A DNA stretch of 64,000 nt from Octopus sinensis. Its lineage: Eukaryota. Both the position numbers and the translations under genes were made by a program. Position 1 is the first letter of the stretch; every line of letters begins with the position of its first letter. Of this stretch, positions 24,321-37,327 are shown one piece after another. The DNA is taken from positions 17,670,001 through 17,734,000 of the forward strand of contig NC_043009.1 of assembly GCF_006345805.1 (NCBI RefSeq). Reading direction: 5' to 3'. The notes beneath the pieces were generated by a model, which saw only the letters and a program-made list of their open reading frames with translations, was not told where the DNA came from and did no database searches.

Positions 24321-26160
24321 AGGATGAAGATGGGGAGATGGATGAATGGATGGATGGAGAGAAGAATGGAAAGAGAGAGAGAAGGATGGATGGGAGTGAG
24401 AGAAGAATGGATGGGGAGAGAGAAGGATGAATGGGGAGAGAGAGAGAAGGATGGATGGGGAGAAAGAGAGAAGGACAGATGGGAAGAGAGAGAGAGAGAG
24501 AGAGAAGGATGGATAGGGAGAGGATGGATAGGGAGAGAGAGAAGGATGGATGGGAGAGAGAGAGAGATGGATGGATGGGGAGAGAGAGAAACGTGGATGA
24601 AGGAAGAGAGGGAAAGCTGGATGGAAAGAGAGAGAAGGATGGATTGAGAGAGTGATAGAGAGAAGGATGGATCAATGGAGAAATAGGGAAATATGGATCA
24701 AAGGAGACAGAGAAGGGAGGATGAATGCAGAGAAAGTGAAGCATAGATGGATGGATGGAGAAAGAATGATGAATGAATGGAAAGAGAAGGGAGGATGGAT
24801 GGAGAGAGAGGGAAGGATGGGTAGAGTGAGAGATGGACTGATGAAGAGAAGGAGAGACGGATGAAGATAGACATATTAAGAGAAATGGATGGCTTGATAG
24901 AGGAGATGGGTAGAGGAGGGAGAAAGAGAGGGATTGGGGGCAGGAGAGACGGATGAAGATAGATTGAGAGAGATGGATGGATTGATAGAGGAGATGGGTA
25001 GAGGAGGAAGGAGAAAAGGATGTATTGATAAAATAGGAGAAAGAAAGAGTGAAGGATGGATGGAAGGCAATGGAGGGATGAGTGGAAAGAGAGATGGATG
25101 ATTAGGAAAAGATAATGAAAAATGTATAGAGAGATGACATGGATAAAGATGGATGGTGATAGACAAAGAGATAGTGAGGGATGGTTAGAGATGGAAAAAA
25201 ATTGAAAGAATAGATGGTCAGAGAGAGATAAATGGCTAGCGAGGGAGAGAGAGATGGAAGGATAGGGAGATGGAAATATGGATAAATGGTTGGAAGGGGT
25301 ATGAGAAGTGTAGGAAATGGTTGGTTGGATGGATGATGAGTTATAGCTTGCAGAGAGATGGCTAAATGGATGGATGGATGGAGAGATGGATTGATGGATG
25401 AAGAGACAGAGAGATGGATTAAGAGTTGGATGGATGAATAAAAAGAGAGAAGAAAGGATGGACAGTTGGACAGAGATAAAAAGGGACCCATGAGGGGATA
25501 AGTAGACAGAGAAAAGGATGGCTAGATGAGAGATGAATGACTAGAAATATGGAGACAGATGAATGGATTGACGTGCAGAGAAAAAGAGAGATGAATGATA
25601 GTAGTATAAGCATGAGGAAGATGAATGGCTAGAAATATACATGCATAGAGGAAGAGATGAATGGATAGAAGAAGAAAGAGAGAGAGAGAAAGATAATGGA
25701 TAGACAGAAAGAATAATGAATTAATGGACAAGGAGAGAGACAGATAAATGGATAGATAGGGAGATGAATGAATGAATAGGTGAATGGATGAGAGAGAGAG
25801 AGAGAGAGAGAGATGAATGGATGAATAGGGAGAGAAATGAATAGATGGCTTTAAAGAAATGACTGGGTAGATAGGAGATAGAAAGGTAAATATAGACAAA
25901 TAGGTGGATAGATGGATGGAGAGAGAGAGAGATGACTAAAGAGAGAGGGGTGGAAAGAAAGATGGATGGATGGATTGAGAGAGATTGATAGAAAGTGAAA
26001 GAGGTAAGAGAGATGGACAGAGAAAGACATGGCTGGCTAGAAGAAGATGGATGGATGGATATAAAAATTGCAGAAAGATGAGAGATGGATGTAACAGAAA
26101 GTGATGGTGCCTGCATGGTGGCTAAGACAATTAGTCCAAGAGAGGCTAGCAGGTACATAT
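22990..26160 (+). repeat. 3.2-kb purine-rich (GGAT/GA) compound satellite with higher-order duplications
   Basis: + strand nearly devoid of C; blocks at 23045 and 23513, and at 23340, 23655 and 23985, are paralogous. Confidence 0.95.
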
Positions 26161-28539
26161 ATTAAGAGACAGGAAGGCAGGCACCTTAGAATTTTACAAA
26201 AGAAATAATTTCACTGAAAAATCAATGGAGCTATTGTGGCGAGGCTGAGCTAAGCAACAGAACCTGTCTGCTAATGATATCAAACCAGTGGTAACATCGC
26301 ACCAACACCCACACCACAGACCATACCAGCAGCAGCATCACTGCTCACTAGGTCGTTGATAACACCACCACCACCACCACCACCGCTGCTGCCAATATAC
26401 CAGCACCACAATATAGCATCACAGACCTCCTTCCCAACTTTTTTTTACTTCACAAGCCAGTTTACATTGTTTTTGTTGCTTTAATGATCAATACACACAC
26501 ACACTATAAGTATGAACACATTATGCAAGTGTATGAATAGACACATGCTTGCATATCCAAACGTACACTCTCTCGCTTTATATATATATGTGTGTGTGTG
26601 TGTGCGTGAGCGCACATGTGCTATGTATGTATTATGCTAACTGTGCAGGTCATACGCAAGTTATTTGAGTACACACATTTATGCATATATAAAGGGAGTG
26701 GGTAGCTGATTTGAAGATATACTGTGTGTGTGTGTACGAGTGGGTTTACCATAATATACAGATGTACATATGACTTAGTAACATTGTATTGCAAATATAT
26801 ATTGTATTTTCAAGGAAACAAATCTAAAAATTATAATGAAAATCTACTTATTTTAAAACAATAATACATCAAAGTATAAACTATGGTAATTTTCACTCTA
26901 GACACTCTTCGTGTGGGAGTGGGGTATCTGTTCTTCTCAGATATTTAGATCACCCTTCCTTCTTAATTCCTCTCAACCCAGCATCGAACTATCGAATTAT
27001 CCTAACAAAAACAACTACTACTATTGGTGATAAAATTATTAGTACCATCCTTAAGACATTGCCACCCCCGTGTCTAGTCGCAGTAACAATCCAAATCTTT
27101 TAAAATGCTTTTCGATACTTAACACATCTGAATGTACATAGGAACAGGTGAGCAAATATACATTTACACACGTATACATACATTCGTAGAAACTAAATGG
27201 GATATACAAAACATGCACAAGACTTCTCTGTCACACACACACACACACAATAACAAGTAGAAACAGATTACACAGATTACGTATAGACAATCAGTTTATA
27301 GATGTACAAACACAAACATTAGGACATGATATGAAGAAAACACACGATCAGATTCAAGCATAGATAATCACATAGATACATAGACGGAAAGGGTGTAAGG
27401 TGGGTTGAAAAAGGAGAAAGAAAACACCTTCAGATTCCATCCAATTTTCATGGTTAATGTTTAACATCAGTAATTAAGACATTGACCGGCTAAACGTCAT
27501 GCAGTGTGTTCAGAATGGTGTGTATGTTGTATGTATATTCGGTATTTGGTCAGGATAGTAGATGTATGCAATAAGTGGTATATGTCGGTGTATGTGAAGT
27601 AGTGTTATGGTTAAATATATATATACTTGTGTACAAAGAACACCAACGTTAAACACTGTACGTGTTATTTAGATGGACAAAATATATCAGAACACATCGC
27701 AGCTCCATCCGATGCTAAACAATGTGTATGTATATATGTATGTGTGTGTGTGTACATACAGACACAAACCCCGTCATTATCATATGCTGGACTGTATAAG
27801 TGAGTTTCCTACACTCCACACCTTCCAATCAAAAGCTTAACTGCATGCGTATATCTGTTAGAGCTGGACATGTAAAGTACCCCTGCAAACACATCTTTAG
27901 AGGGCAGTTAAACTCTGTATTTATTATAACAGAACATATATAGTAACCCTGCACACATTACTATCACCCACCCACCTCAGATGAAGTGAAACTATGTATC
28001 ATGTACAAAGTGTTTTTGCTCCGTCGTTTCGTGTACACCGGTGCACATCACACTGAGATGTGTATGCAGTGTACTTTTGTACATATCAAACACCAGATGC
28101 AGAACTGTATGTATATGGTGTGATGTACATGACATAGTCATCGTTTGTACCACACTGAATTTCATCATCATCAGATAAATTTCTGACCACAATTGTGTCA
28201 CATCTACAATGGATGTATCAAATTCAATACATCAATATATATATATATAATTGTTTTCATACATCACTTAATTACACAACAGTTTTCATTTTTGATGGAG
28301 CGAAAATAGCTTCATATAATAAATGAATGAATAAATGAAAGACAAATCAGAAACACAAACATCACATTTATAGATATATATATATATATGTATACATATG
28401 TAATGAGAAAGAATGTGGGGGATGCATGAATACGTATGTATGCATATATATAGATATATAGATAGATAGATAGATAGATATACTGAGAGAGAGAGATAGA
28501 GGAAGAGAGAGAAAGATGAGAAGTATTGAATGAAGTGAA

Positions 28540-28800
28540 TGGTACGGATCTGCGTAAAGTTTCTTTTGTTAGATCGACAAGCAGATCAGTAATGTGACGA
28601 AAATGTAGAGGCCAAAGAAAGAAGGTATATATGAAAGTAGTAAATACTCACAGGAAAGACCTGATGTTATTTTTGTTACATCAACTGGGTCGTTGTACGA
28701 GTGTATAGTACAGAGTGCCGCCATTTCAAGTTCCCGGATATTGAGGAAATTATCAAGTCGCAGCTTATTATCTCCCTTTAACTCCGGCTTCACTCACTCA
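28540..28800. promoter_or_regulatory. Putative (possibly bidirectional) promoter / 5' region
   Basis: Local CpG retention; AAATGGCGGC (YY1-like/initiator context) on the minus strand; no acceptor upstream. Confidence 0.45.
28652..28724 (-). CDS. Putative first coding exon of an unidentified gene (MAALCTIHSYNDPVDVTKITSGLS, phase 1)
   Basis: AAATGGCGG start context and canonical CCT|GTGAGT donor at 28651-28646. Confidence 0.5.
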
Positions 28801-29361
28801 CTCACTCACTCCTTCCCCTCTTTCTCTCTCACTCGCTGCTTTGGCTTTCCCTCACACTCTTCCTTTTCCTCTTCCTCCTACTTTTTTCTCCCCCTTCCTA
28901 TACTTTTACTCTGTCTTTCCGTCTGGAGTCTACTCCACTTTCACTCTCCCTCCTCTCTCACGCTCCGTCTCCCTCACTCTTGTCTTGTCTGTCTCACAGA
29001 GATGTCCTTTTCTATCTATCACTGATTTCTTTTATTCTGTCTATCGTAATGTCTCTCCTCTCTCGCCCCCGATTTCTCTCTATCTAACTTGTCTGCCGGC
29101 CTGCCCTCCTTCTTCCTCCTCGTCCGTTATTTATGTCTCATTCTGTCTATCTGTCTATTCACCTGTCTGTCTCGCTTTCTCTTTCTCTCTTTCTTCATGT
29201 CTCTATGTATAAACGTATTCATTACCTTTCGTCACTCATTTTCCCCCTCTATCTACTGTTTGTGTGTGTATTGATCTCTTTTCCTACTTTCGTTTTTCCA
29301 TGTCTGTGGTAATCTCTCTTTTCGCTCTTCACTAGTCAATTTGTCTAACTGTTCTGTTGTA

Positions 29362-29415
<54 letters not shown>

Positions 29416-29627
29416 CTATCTATTTATCTGTCTGTCTATCTATGTAATAGAGAAAATTGTCAAAAAGTATCTCACATACTTTCTGACAATTTTTCCTCCT
29501 CAACTGCTCTTGTGTTGCTCTCTCCCCTACTTTCTATCAACCTCTTTCGATTTCATCTTCCCCTTCATTTGTTCCTCTTTCATCTCTCCTTTCCTCTTTC
29601 TTTCCGAAATCTTTCTCACTCTCTCTC

Positions 29628-29673
<46 letters not shown>

Positions 29674-30118
29674 ATTTTTGACTATGCAACTGTTCGTCTA
29701 TTCATGTCTTTTTAACTTTCTTCTTTTCGTCTATTCTTTGTTCTCTCTCTCTTTCCAGTTTTCTTTTCTCTCTCATCCTCTGTCTTTCCATTCTTCTTCA
29801 CTTTATTTCTCTTTCGTTGACCCTTTCCCTCTCACTTTCCCTGCTCTTGAATACCCTCTTATTTCGTTTCTCTATCATTCTCTGTGTCTACCGATTATCA
29901 CTCCTTCCATCTTCAATGTTTCTCTCTCTCTCTCTATGTTCGTCTTCCCTTACCTTCCCTCTTACCCCTTCTTATACTCTTTTCTCTCCCTCAGTCTCTC
30001 ACTATCTATCTCTCTAATAAACCTGTTTTCCTCTTATTCATTCACTCTTCCACTGACATCGTCTCCACACACATAGATAAAAGTATCTCCTCTCTCCATC
30101 TTTTGACACACTTTCTCT

Positions 30119-30150
<32 letters not shown>

Positions 30151-30180
30151 CTCTCTCCTCTCTCTCTCTCTCTCTCCCAT
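28790..30180 (+). repeat. 1.4-kb pyrimidine-rich (CT/TCTA) tract
   Basis: Directly visible. Confidence 0.95.
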
Positions 30181-30184
30181 GCAG

Positions 30185-30235
30185 ATGTTGTTCTTCACCT
30201 CACATGTCTAACTTTCCAGATAGATAAATCAATAG
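30185..30235 (+). other. Candidate 51-nt plus-strand exon
   Basis: (CT)n-CCCATGCAG acceptor and AATAG|GTAAGA donor; open in phase 1 (DVVLHLTCLTFQIDKSI). Confidence 0.35.
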
Positions 30236-31324
30236 GTAAGACATTACAGTAAGGAAAGCTGATGCGATCGTATTTCGACTGGTCATGGCGACTGGTATTA
30301 GGATTGGGTGAAGATATGAAGCAACCAGTTACTTATGGCAGTCTCTTCTCACTGTTGCCAGCTTTGGCATAATTATGCCAATTTGGCATTTTCATATTTC
30401 AGTTCAACATAAGAAAAAAACATCCTATCATGCCAAACCCTATTTGGCATTATCAAACATTATTTGGTAATAATTATGGATTTATTGTAATATTAAAATA
30501 AAGTTATGGATTTATTTTAATAGCTTCAACAACTCAAACTAACACAACAGATGCCTTATATTGTTATCTCAGCAATATACAAATGACTCAAACTTAGTCA
30601 CTCGAATGAACACTCTTTAAAAACCAGAACATGCAAGTGTTAACACACAACGGACATTACCTTCCAGACCAATTAACAGAATAAAAAATGTTTATCCACC
30701 CCAACACACTAGTATTAACGGATGTACCAATGTCATCACCTTTCAGCCAATAGCTAGTGCACCGACTTTGTCAACAGACATGCCTACATCACATTCATTC
30801 TGACCAATCTAATTTTAACCAATACTTTATTAGCAGTTGTCCTAAATCCTTGTCGAGTTGGATTACTGTCATTGTTACTACTTGATTGCTAGATAGTCAA
30901 ACCTTAAGTAACAAAGGCAAAGAGATGCACCCTAGTTCTGGTACCATTAGTAACACTGTTTCTGATAGTGATTATGGAAGTGAAAGCCACAATAAACAGG
31001 GCAGAGGACAGCTCATTTGATCACCCTTCACGAATAGTAGAGATATCCATTTATTCTATTTAACCCACACCTATAATAAAATACAATATCAGTTCTTCTC
31101 TGCCATACTTTGAAGAAGGACCAATCTCTGACTCACAGAAGATTTCCTATTTCTTTGTTTTGGCATCAAACTAATGTTAAAAACTATATATTCTTGATTT
31201 CTATATATTTTCTGACTTTTTGGAGTGTGCCATTTTGTTTTGTTCCTAAAACGTTTCCCTTGCTCCTCTCATAACCAACAGTTTTCAAATGTTGCTGAAA
31301 TTTTATACTAGTTTGTGTGCATAT

Positions 31325-31530
31325 TCTTTTATTCTTCTACTTCTTTCAGTCATTTGACTGTGGCCATGCTGAAGCACCACCTTTAGTCGAACTAATCGAC
31401 CCCAGGACTTATTCTTTGTAAGCCTAGTACTTATTCTATCTCTTTTGCTGAGCTGCTAGGTTACAGGTATGTAAACACACCAACATCAGTTGTCAAGCGA
31501 TGGTGGGGGACAAACACAGACACACACACA
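31325..31530 (-). mobile_element. SINE family B tail
   Basis: CAGTCATTTGACTGTGGCCATGCTG...GACCCCAGGACTTATTCTTTGTAAGCCTAGTAC. Confidence 0.85.
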
Positions 31531-32107
31531 CACACGCACTATATATATATATAGGGTATGAGAGGCATTGGTGTCAAGAAGACCCAAAGGTGTCAGGTAA
31601 TGCTGAGTAAGTGCTATGGACAGACTATAGTTAAACTCCAGGTTCAATAATGATACGAATGAGGAGTCCAACATAGGTCATGTATTAGTATGCATATATA
31701 TAAAAATTAACAGAATAAAATAAAACAGAAGTCCAATACTGTGAATAGTTTCCAGAACATTTATAAATGTTCTGGAAACTATTCACAGCATTGGATTTTT
31801 TATTTCATTCTGTTAATTTTACATGTATATACAATGGGCCTCTTTCAGTTTCCGTCCACCAAATTCACCGATATACATATATCATTTTATTCAGGTAGGG
31901 AAAAAATTCAAGAGTGTTCCCTTGAAGCACATTTGCTTGTTCCAGTTTTACAATCCAGTTTGTGGTTGTTGCTGTAGTAGTGATGAGAAGTACATATTAG
32001 AGTAGAAATTTCTGGAAATATTGTTAGCAGAGATGTTGTATAGCAAGATAGGAATCTGGAAAATTTTTAGATATTATTCACCATTATACAACGTTTATAT
32101 GTATGTA

Positions 32108-32252
32108 TCATCATCATCGTTTAACGTCCGTTCTCCATGCTAGCATGGGTAGGACGGTTCGACCGGGATCTGGAAGCCAGAAGGCTGCACCAGGCTCCAG
32201 TCTGATCTGGCAATGTTTCTACAGCTGGATGCCCTTCTTAACGCCAACCACT
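32108..32252 (-). mobile_element. SINE family C 3' part, little decayed
   Basis: (ATC)n-GTTTAACGTCCGTTCTCCATGCTAGCATGGG...CAGCTGGATGCCCTTCTTAACGCCAACC. Confidence 0.9.
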
Positions 32253-32267
32253 CCACTATATATGTGC

Positions 32268-32299
<32 letters not shown>

Positions 32300-32525
32300 A
32301 TATATATATATATATATATCCATATATATATATTGTTATATTTTGGGATGGTCAGTTTTTGTCTTTTTTTTTGCCAAATAAACACATGAGCTATATATTC
32401 GTTCTTCACTCATTTGTTACTGTTCTTGTTTTAACTGATGTCCATTCTCTGGAAATCTTTCATCACACATCTGTGGCCTCTTCAGTGACACTTTACATCC
32501 TTGTGTGATATACACACACAGAGAT

Positions 32526-32572
<47 letters not shown>

Positions 32573-32579
32573 TATATTA

Positions 32580-33095
32580 TATTAAATTAGAGATAAAACC
32601 ACTATTAGGCAAATCAAACAGTGAAAGACATAAGCCAATACATAAAATTAATTTAAAATATAAAAGTTAAAATAAAAAATTATTTAAATAATTTAAACTT
32701 ATAAATTTTATATATATATACAAATATATATATATATGTATGTATGAATATTTTTATATTTATATATTATTTTATTAATTAATTAATTTATTTATTTATT
32801 TATTTTAATATCAAAAGTAATAAAAGTTTAATAAAAGATAAAGAGTAAAACACTACGATCGTTTCATGGCTGTACCAATTCGAATAACAATAACTTAAAT
32901 TCAATTAATAATTCGAGTTATGGTTACAGTCAATCTTCAGGTTAATTGTGATATTTTAAAAATAATCAGAAATATTTAAACAATATTTTTAAGATATAAA
33001 TAATATAATAATTTTACTTATAATAAACTCTATTATCAAACTAGAAACTTAAAACTTAACAATTATGATTATATCAAAATCGATTATAATGTTAA
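32580..33095 (-). mobile_element. AT-rich Penelope-type terminal repeat fragment carrying a hammerhead-like motif (32846-32945)
   Basis: Minus strand CTGAAGA-[long hairpin]-GAAACGATCGTA. Confidence 0.5.
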
Positions 33096-33389
33096 ATATA
33101 TACATACACACATAAATATGTTTATATAAAACTCCTGGAAACATTCATAATCCAGTGCAGGATTTACCCATCGGATGAATTACAGTGGGATTGTTTATCT
33201 CAAGTAGTCCTGGGTGCACACTACCATTCCATGCAGTTAGCTCGAACCCAGACTGTACCTGAGTGGTCATACTCCTGAGTGGTCATACTCCTGAGTGGTC
33301 ATAGGGATAATTTATCCCTATATACTCATTTTATATATATATAATATATATATATAATATATATATATATTATATATATATATATATAT

Positions 33390-33433
<44 letters not shown>

Positions 33434-33654
33434 ATGTGTATAAGAAGGACACAAGTGGAGTTTAAAGGAATTGCCTTTGCAATCTCAGTAAAGATAACCA
33501 AAAGTTCAGGCTGGTATCAAAAGCCCTATGACCATCCAAGTGCTTAACACAATTCGATGCCAGCTTGAACTTTTGATTATCTTTGCTGAAATAACAATGA
33601 CAATTTCTTCCTCTCCTCTCCTCTAAACCTTCTTCTTTCTTTAGCAGTTCAGCA

Positions 33655-33785
33655 AAAGAGACCAATAAAATAAGTACTTGGCTTACAAAGAATAAGTCCT
33701 GGGGTCGATTTGCTCAGCTAAAAGGCAGTACTCCAGTATGGCCACAGTCAAATGACTGAAACAAGTAAAAGACTAAAAGAGTATA
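33655..33785 (+). mobile_element. SINE family B tail
   Basis: AAGTACTTGGCTTACAAAGAATAAGTCCTGGGGTCGATTTG...AAATGACTGAAACAAGTAAAAGA. Confidence 0.85.
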
Positions 33786-34278
33786 AATCACAACAAAGCA
33801 ATCTACAGCTCCACATCTCTTCTCTTCCTCACATTTCCTCCTTCATGCCCAATGCCTACCTCTCACTCCCCAATCCTGTCCTCACCGCCCTGTTTCTCTG
33901 TATCATTGCTATATGGTAGCTCCCCCCTCGCACACACAATGCTCTATGTATACCCAGGTTTTCATCACTCGCTTCCCCTCAGTACTCTCTAATCACTCTT
34001 CTTTGGCAATATCCTGCCACTTATATTATGACCTTCAAACCTCAAGGGTATGCTCTGGCACTTGCCATCATCTATATCTCTCTCTGCCTTTACTCAACCA
34101 TCCCATTTATATTCTGATCCCCGACACTTGTGAGTGTATGCCTGGCACTTTGCCACCATCTCTATCCTACTGTCTTCTACTACCTCTCTCTCCTTCTGCA
34201 CTTCCCTCAGATTGGGTAACCACATATCTCCTTTACAGCAGCACACCTCTTTCTGTCTTCATTCTTGATCTCTCTCTT

Positions 34279-34316
<38 letters not shown>

Positions 34317-34424
34317 CTCTCTTTCTCTCTGCAGCAAGACACCTATAATCTTTCATCATCTGACACAAGATCACCTCCTCCAATGCCCCCTCCCATCTCA
34401 AAAGATTTTTTTTTGTCTTGCAAG

Positions 34425-34745
34425 TTACTTGGTGACCCTACCAGTGCAGGTGCCACTTAAAAAGCATCCAGTCCACACTGTAAAGTGGTTGGCATTTGGA
34501 AGGTCATCCAGCTGTAAAAATCTTGCCAAAACTGACCTTGCCTGTGCTTGTGCCACATAAAAAGCACTAAGTCCACTTTGCTCAGTGGTTGGTGTCAGGA
34601 AAGGCATCCAGCTGTAAAAATCCTACCAAAACAGTCACAGAAGTCTGGTGCAGGCTTCTGCCTGGCCAGCTCCTGTCAAACCGTCCCACCCATGCCAGCA
34701 TGGAAGGCAGACATTAAACAATGAGGATGATGATGATGATGATGA
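34425..34745 (+). mobile_element. SINE family C with internally duplicated core and (GAT)n tail
   Basis: Two successive GGAAGG(T/C)CATCCAGCTGTAAAAA-like blocks (about 34500 and 34600). Confidence 0.8.
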
Positions 34746-35097
34746 TAGTTAAGGAAGATTCAGGTAAAAACCTTGTAGAATGCTATGCAAAATTTGTCCA
34801 CAGTTATTGGCCACCTGAGTTATTGGCATCATACAGTGAAAATACTCCTGCTACTGGATATACATCAGGAATTCCATAGTATCCATAGACTTTATATAAA
34901 TAGACAAATAAAATAAAATGAAATTAATGACATTCTTTATTTAAAAATCACTACAATCGTTTCAACACATTCCCGCATCTATTGTACATAGGTGAGATGT
35001 TGAGTGATCATTATCTTACATCCGAAGTGTAGAATGCACCTCCTCAGGAGATTGCTTAAATAAGTTCTTCAGTAGACATTCTTGCCATTTCAATCAG

Positions 35098-36002
35098 TGT
35101 GATTGGTACCCAAAAGAAACCAGAATTTTGCAATATTATTTTATCGAGTTAGCTTTACATGTTTACACTTTTATCACCATCAAAGTATTCTCCATTTGAA
35201 GCAATGCATCGATCCATGTGCATTTTCCACAGTGCAAAGCAGTGCTGGAACTCTTGCAAAGTGATGCCTTTTAATGTCTCCATCGTTTTCCTCTTCACCT
35301 CTTCCACATCTGCAAATTTTATAGCACCAGCTTTCATCACCAGTGATGAGCTTTGAAAAAAGGTCCAGATCAACTTCCAACTGTTCTTTCATTTCATGAT
35401 ATGCATTCAGTCATGATTGCTTTTGATCTTCTGTGAGAAAGGGGGGCACAAATTTTGCTGCAACTCTTTTCATTTACAATTCCTCGCTCAAAATTCATTG
35501 GTAGGAGCTCCAGGACACACTAGTCAAATCAACAAGTCCATCAATAGTTCAGTGATGGTCCTTCAAAATGAGTTCATGAATTTTCATGTTTTCTTTCATT
35601 TGGGAGGTTGACGGTTGTCCTGAACAAGGTTGGTCTTCAAGCAACAAGTGGCCATTCCTAAAGCGTGGAAACCTCTTGTAAACTAGTGTTTTGCTCATGG
35701 CAGCATCCTTGTAAGTTGTCTGAAGCATGACAACTGTTTTGGCTGCTGTTTTCCTCAGCAGAAAACAGAATTTCATGGAAGCATATTGTCCCTTTGCTTC
35801 AGCCATCACGAAAATCAATGAACAGGGGAGAAACACAGCAAAACAAGGATGCACTGTGTGGAAGTATGACTTCCCCATAGATGCCAATCAGCAGACTGAT
35901 CCCTGAGGATCACATCAAGTGGTTTCTAGTGTCAGAAGCCTAAACTACAACAAGATTGTCCCACAGAGAATATTTCCGGTTACTTTTTGGTCCCTCCTAG
36001 TA
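35098..36002 (-). mobile_element. Internally deleted mariner element
   Basis: TIRs 35105-35125 and 35974-35994 (17/21 match); HTH KFCFLLRKTAAKTVVML; ITGDESWCY joined directly to the C-terminal KFADVEEV...CIASNGEYFDGD. Confidence 0.85.
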
Positions 36003-36379
36003 TACCTAGACCAATGTGTAATTTCCAGTAGTTTGCAGACAAAATTAAAACCATAGGTATAGTGACATACAAAATATAATTACAATCAAAATACAAAATA
36101 CATTGATAAAAAATAGACAGAAGAAAAGAAATGGGTCAGGTTGAACTACAAATTTACATTCTCTCTTAATAGTGAAATTTTAAGAAAGTGTGAAACAGAC
36201 TAAATAATAAAATAAAGAATAAAATAAAATGTTAAGAGATAATACAGTGACAAGTAGGTTAAGGCTGACCATTCTAGTACATATCAATGGTTTTTTTTGT
36301 CTCTTTTAAGGATCCAAATTACCTTCCTTCTCTTGAAACAGAATTAGAACAGAGTTTTTATTTAGAATTAATTTATTAC

Positions 36380-36572
36380 TCTTTTACTCTTTTATTTGTT
36401 TCAGTCATTTGACTGTGACCATGCTGGAACACTGCCTTTAGTTGAATGAATTGACCCAAGGACTTATTCTTTGTAAACCTAGTACTTATTCTATTGGCCT
36501 CTTTTGCTGAACTGCTAAGTTACAGGGATGTAAACATTGATTGTCAAGTGATGGTGGGGGCACAAACACAGA

Positions 36573-36608
<36 letters not shown>

Positions 36609-36755
36609 ACAGGCTTCTTTCAGTTTCCCTCTACGAAATTCACTCACAAGGCTTTGGTTGGCCTGAGGCTATAGTCAAAGACACTTGCCAAAGGTGCCAC
36701 ATGAAGCCAGAACCATGTGGTTGGAAAGTAAGCTTCTTACCACACAGCCACACCT
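36380..36755 (-). mobile_element. SINE family B, near full length
   Basis: Head, internal (CA)n and tail as at 18960-19340. Confidence 0.85.
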
Positions 36756-36993
36756 GATGGTAAAAGTTTTTATTTTTCATTTCGTTCCTTTTGGAATTTT
36801 ATCCCTAATTTTGTGGTTTTAGAACCTATCTATTCTTTCTAGCATGATGAATCCCACGAGTGGATTCCTCTAATATGTATTAATGTACACTGTATTTTAT
36901 GAGTAATACATAGTCTTTGGACTAAATTTTTAAACGCTTGGCCACTGGAAGTGAAAATTTCTATTAATTTCCATTTCCTTCAATATGATTAAG

Positions 36994-37041
<48 letters not shown>

Positions 37042-37327
37042 GTATATGTATTTATGTATGTATGTATGTATGTATGTATGTATTTATGTATGTATGTAGG
37101 CATGTATGTATGTAGGGATATATATATATATATGCCTGTATATATATATAAAATGTTTATATATATATGTATATGTAAATGTAAGTGTATTCTTTCAATG
37201 TGTACAAATAACATGGAAAAAAAAAATAGTTACCAAGGTAGCAAAAAATTCACATAAGTATCAAGGATGTTACAACCTACTTATAAAGGTGGAAGTTCCA
37301 GAGTTTAGTGAAATGTTTTTGTATAAC

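Noticed and set aside
22975-24744. 589-aa S/L/P/I-rich ORF and its overlapping ORFs
   Set aside because: Stop-free only because of the purine satellite; no domain motifs
29341-30252. L/S/F-rich ORFs of 120-240 aa
   Set aside because: Translations of the CT tract
30364-30381. 18-bp palindrome TTGGCATAATTATGCCAA as an NF1 site
   Set aside because: Half-site spacing is 8 rather than the canonical 5, and no further support was found
33913-34560. 215-aa plus-strand ORF
   Set aside because: Composite of repeat sequence, a CT tract and a SINE; no homology motifs
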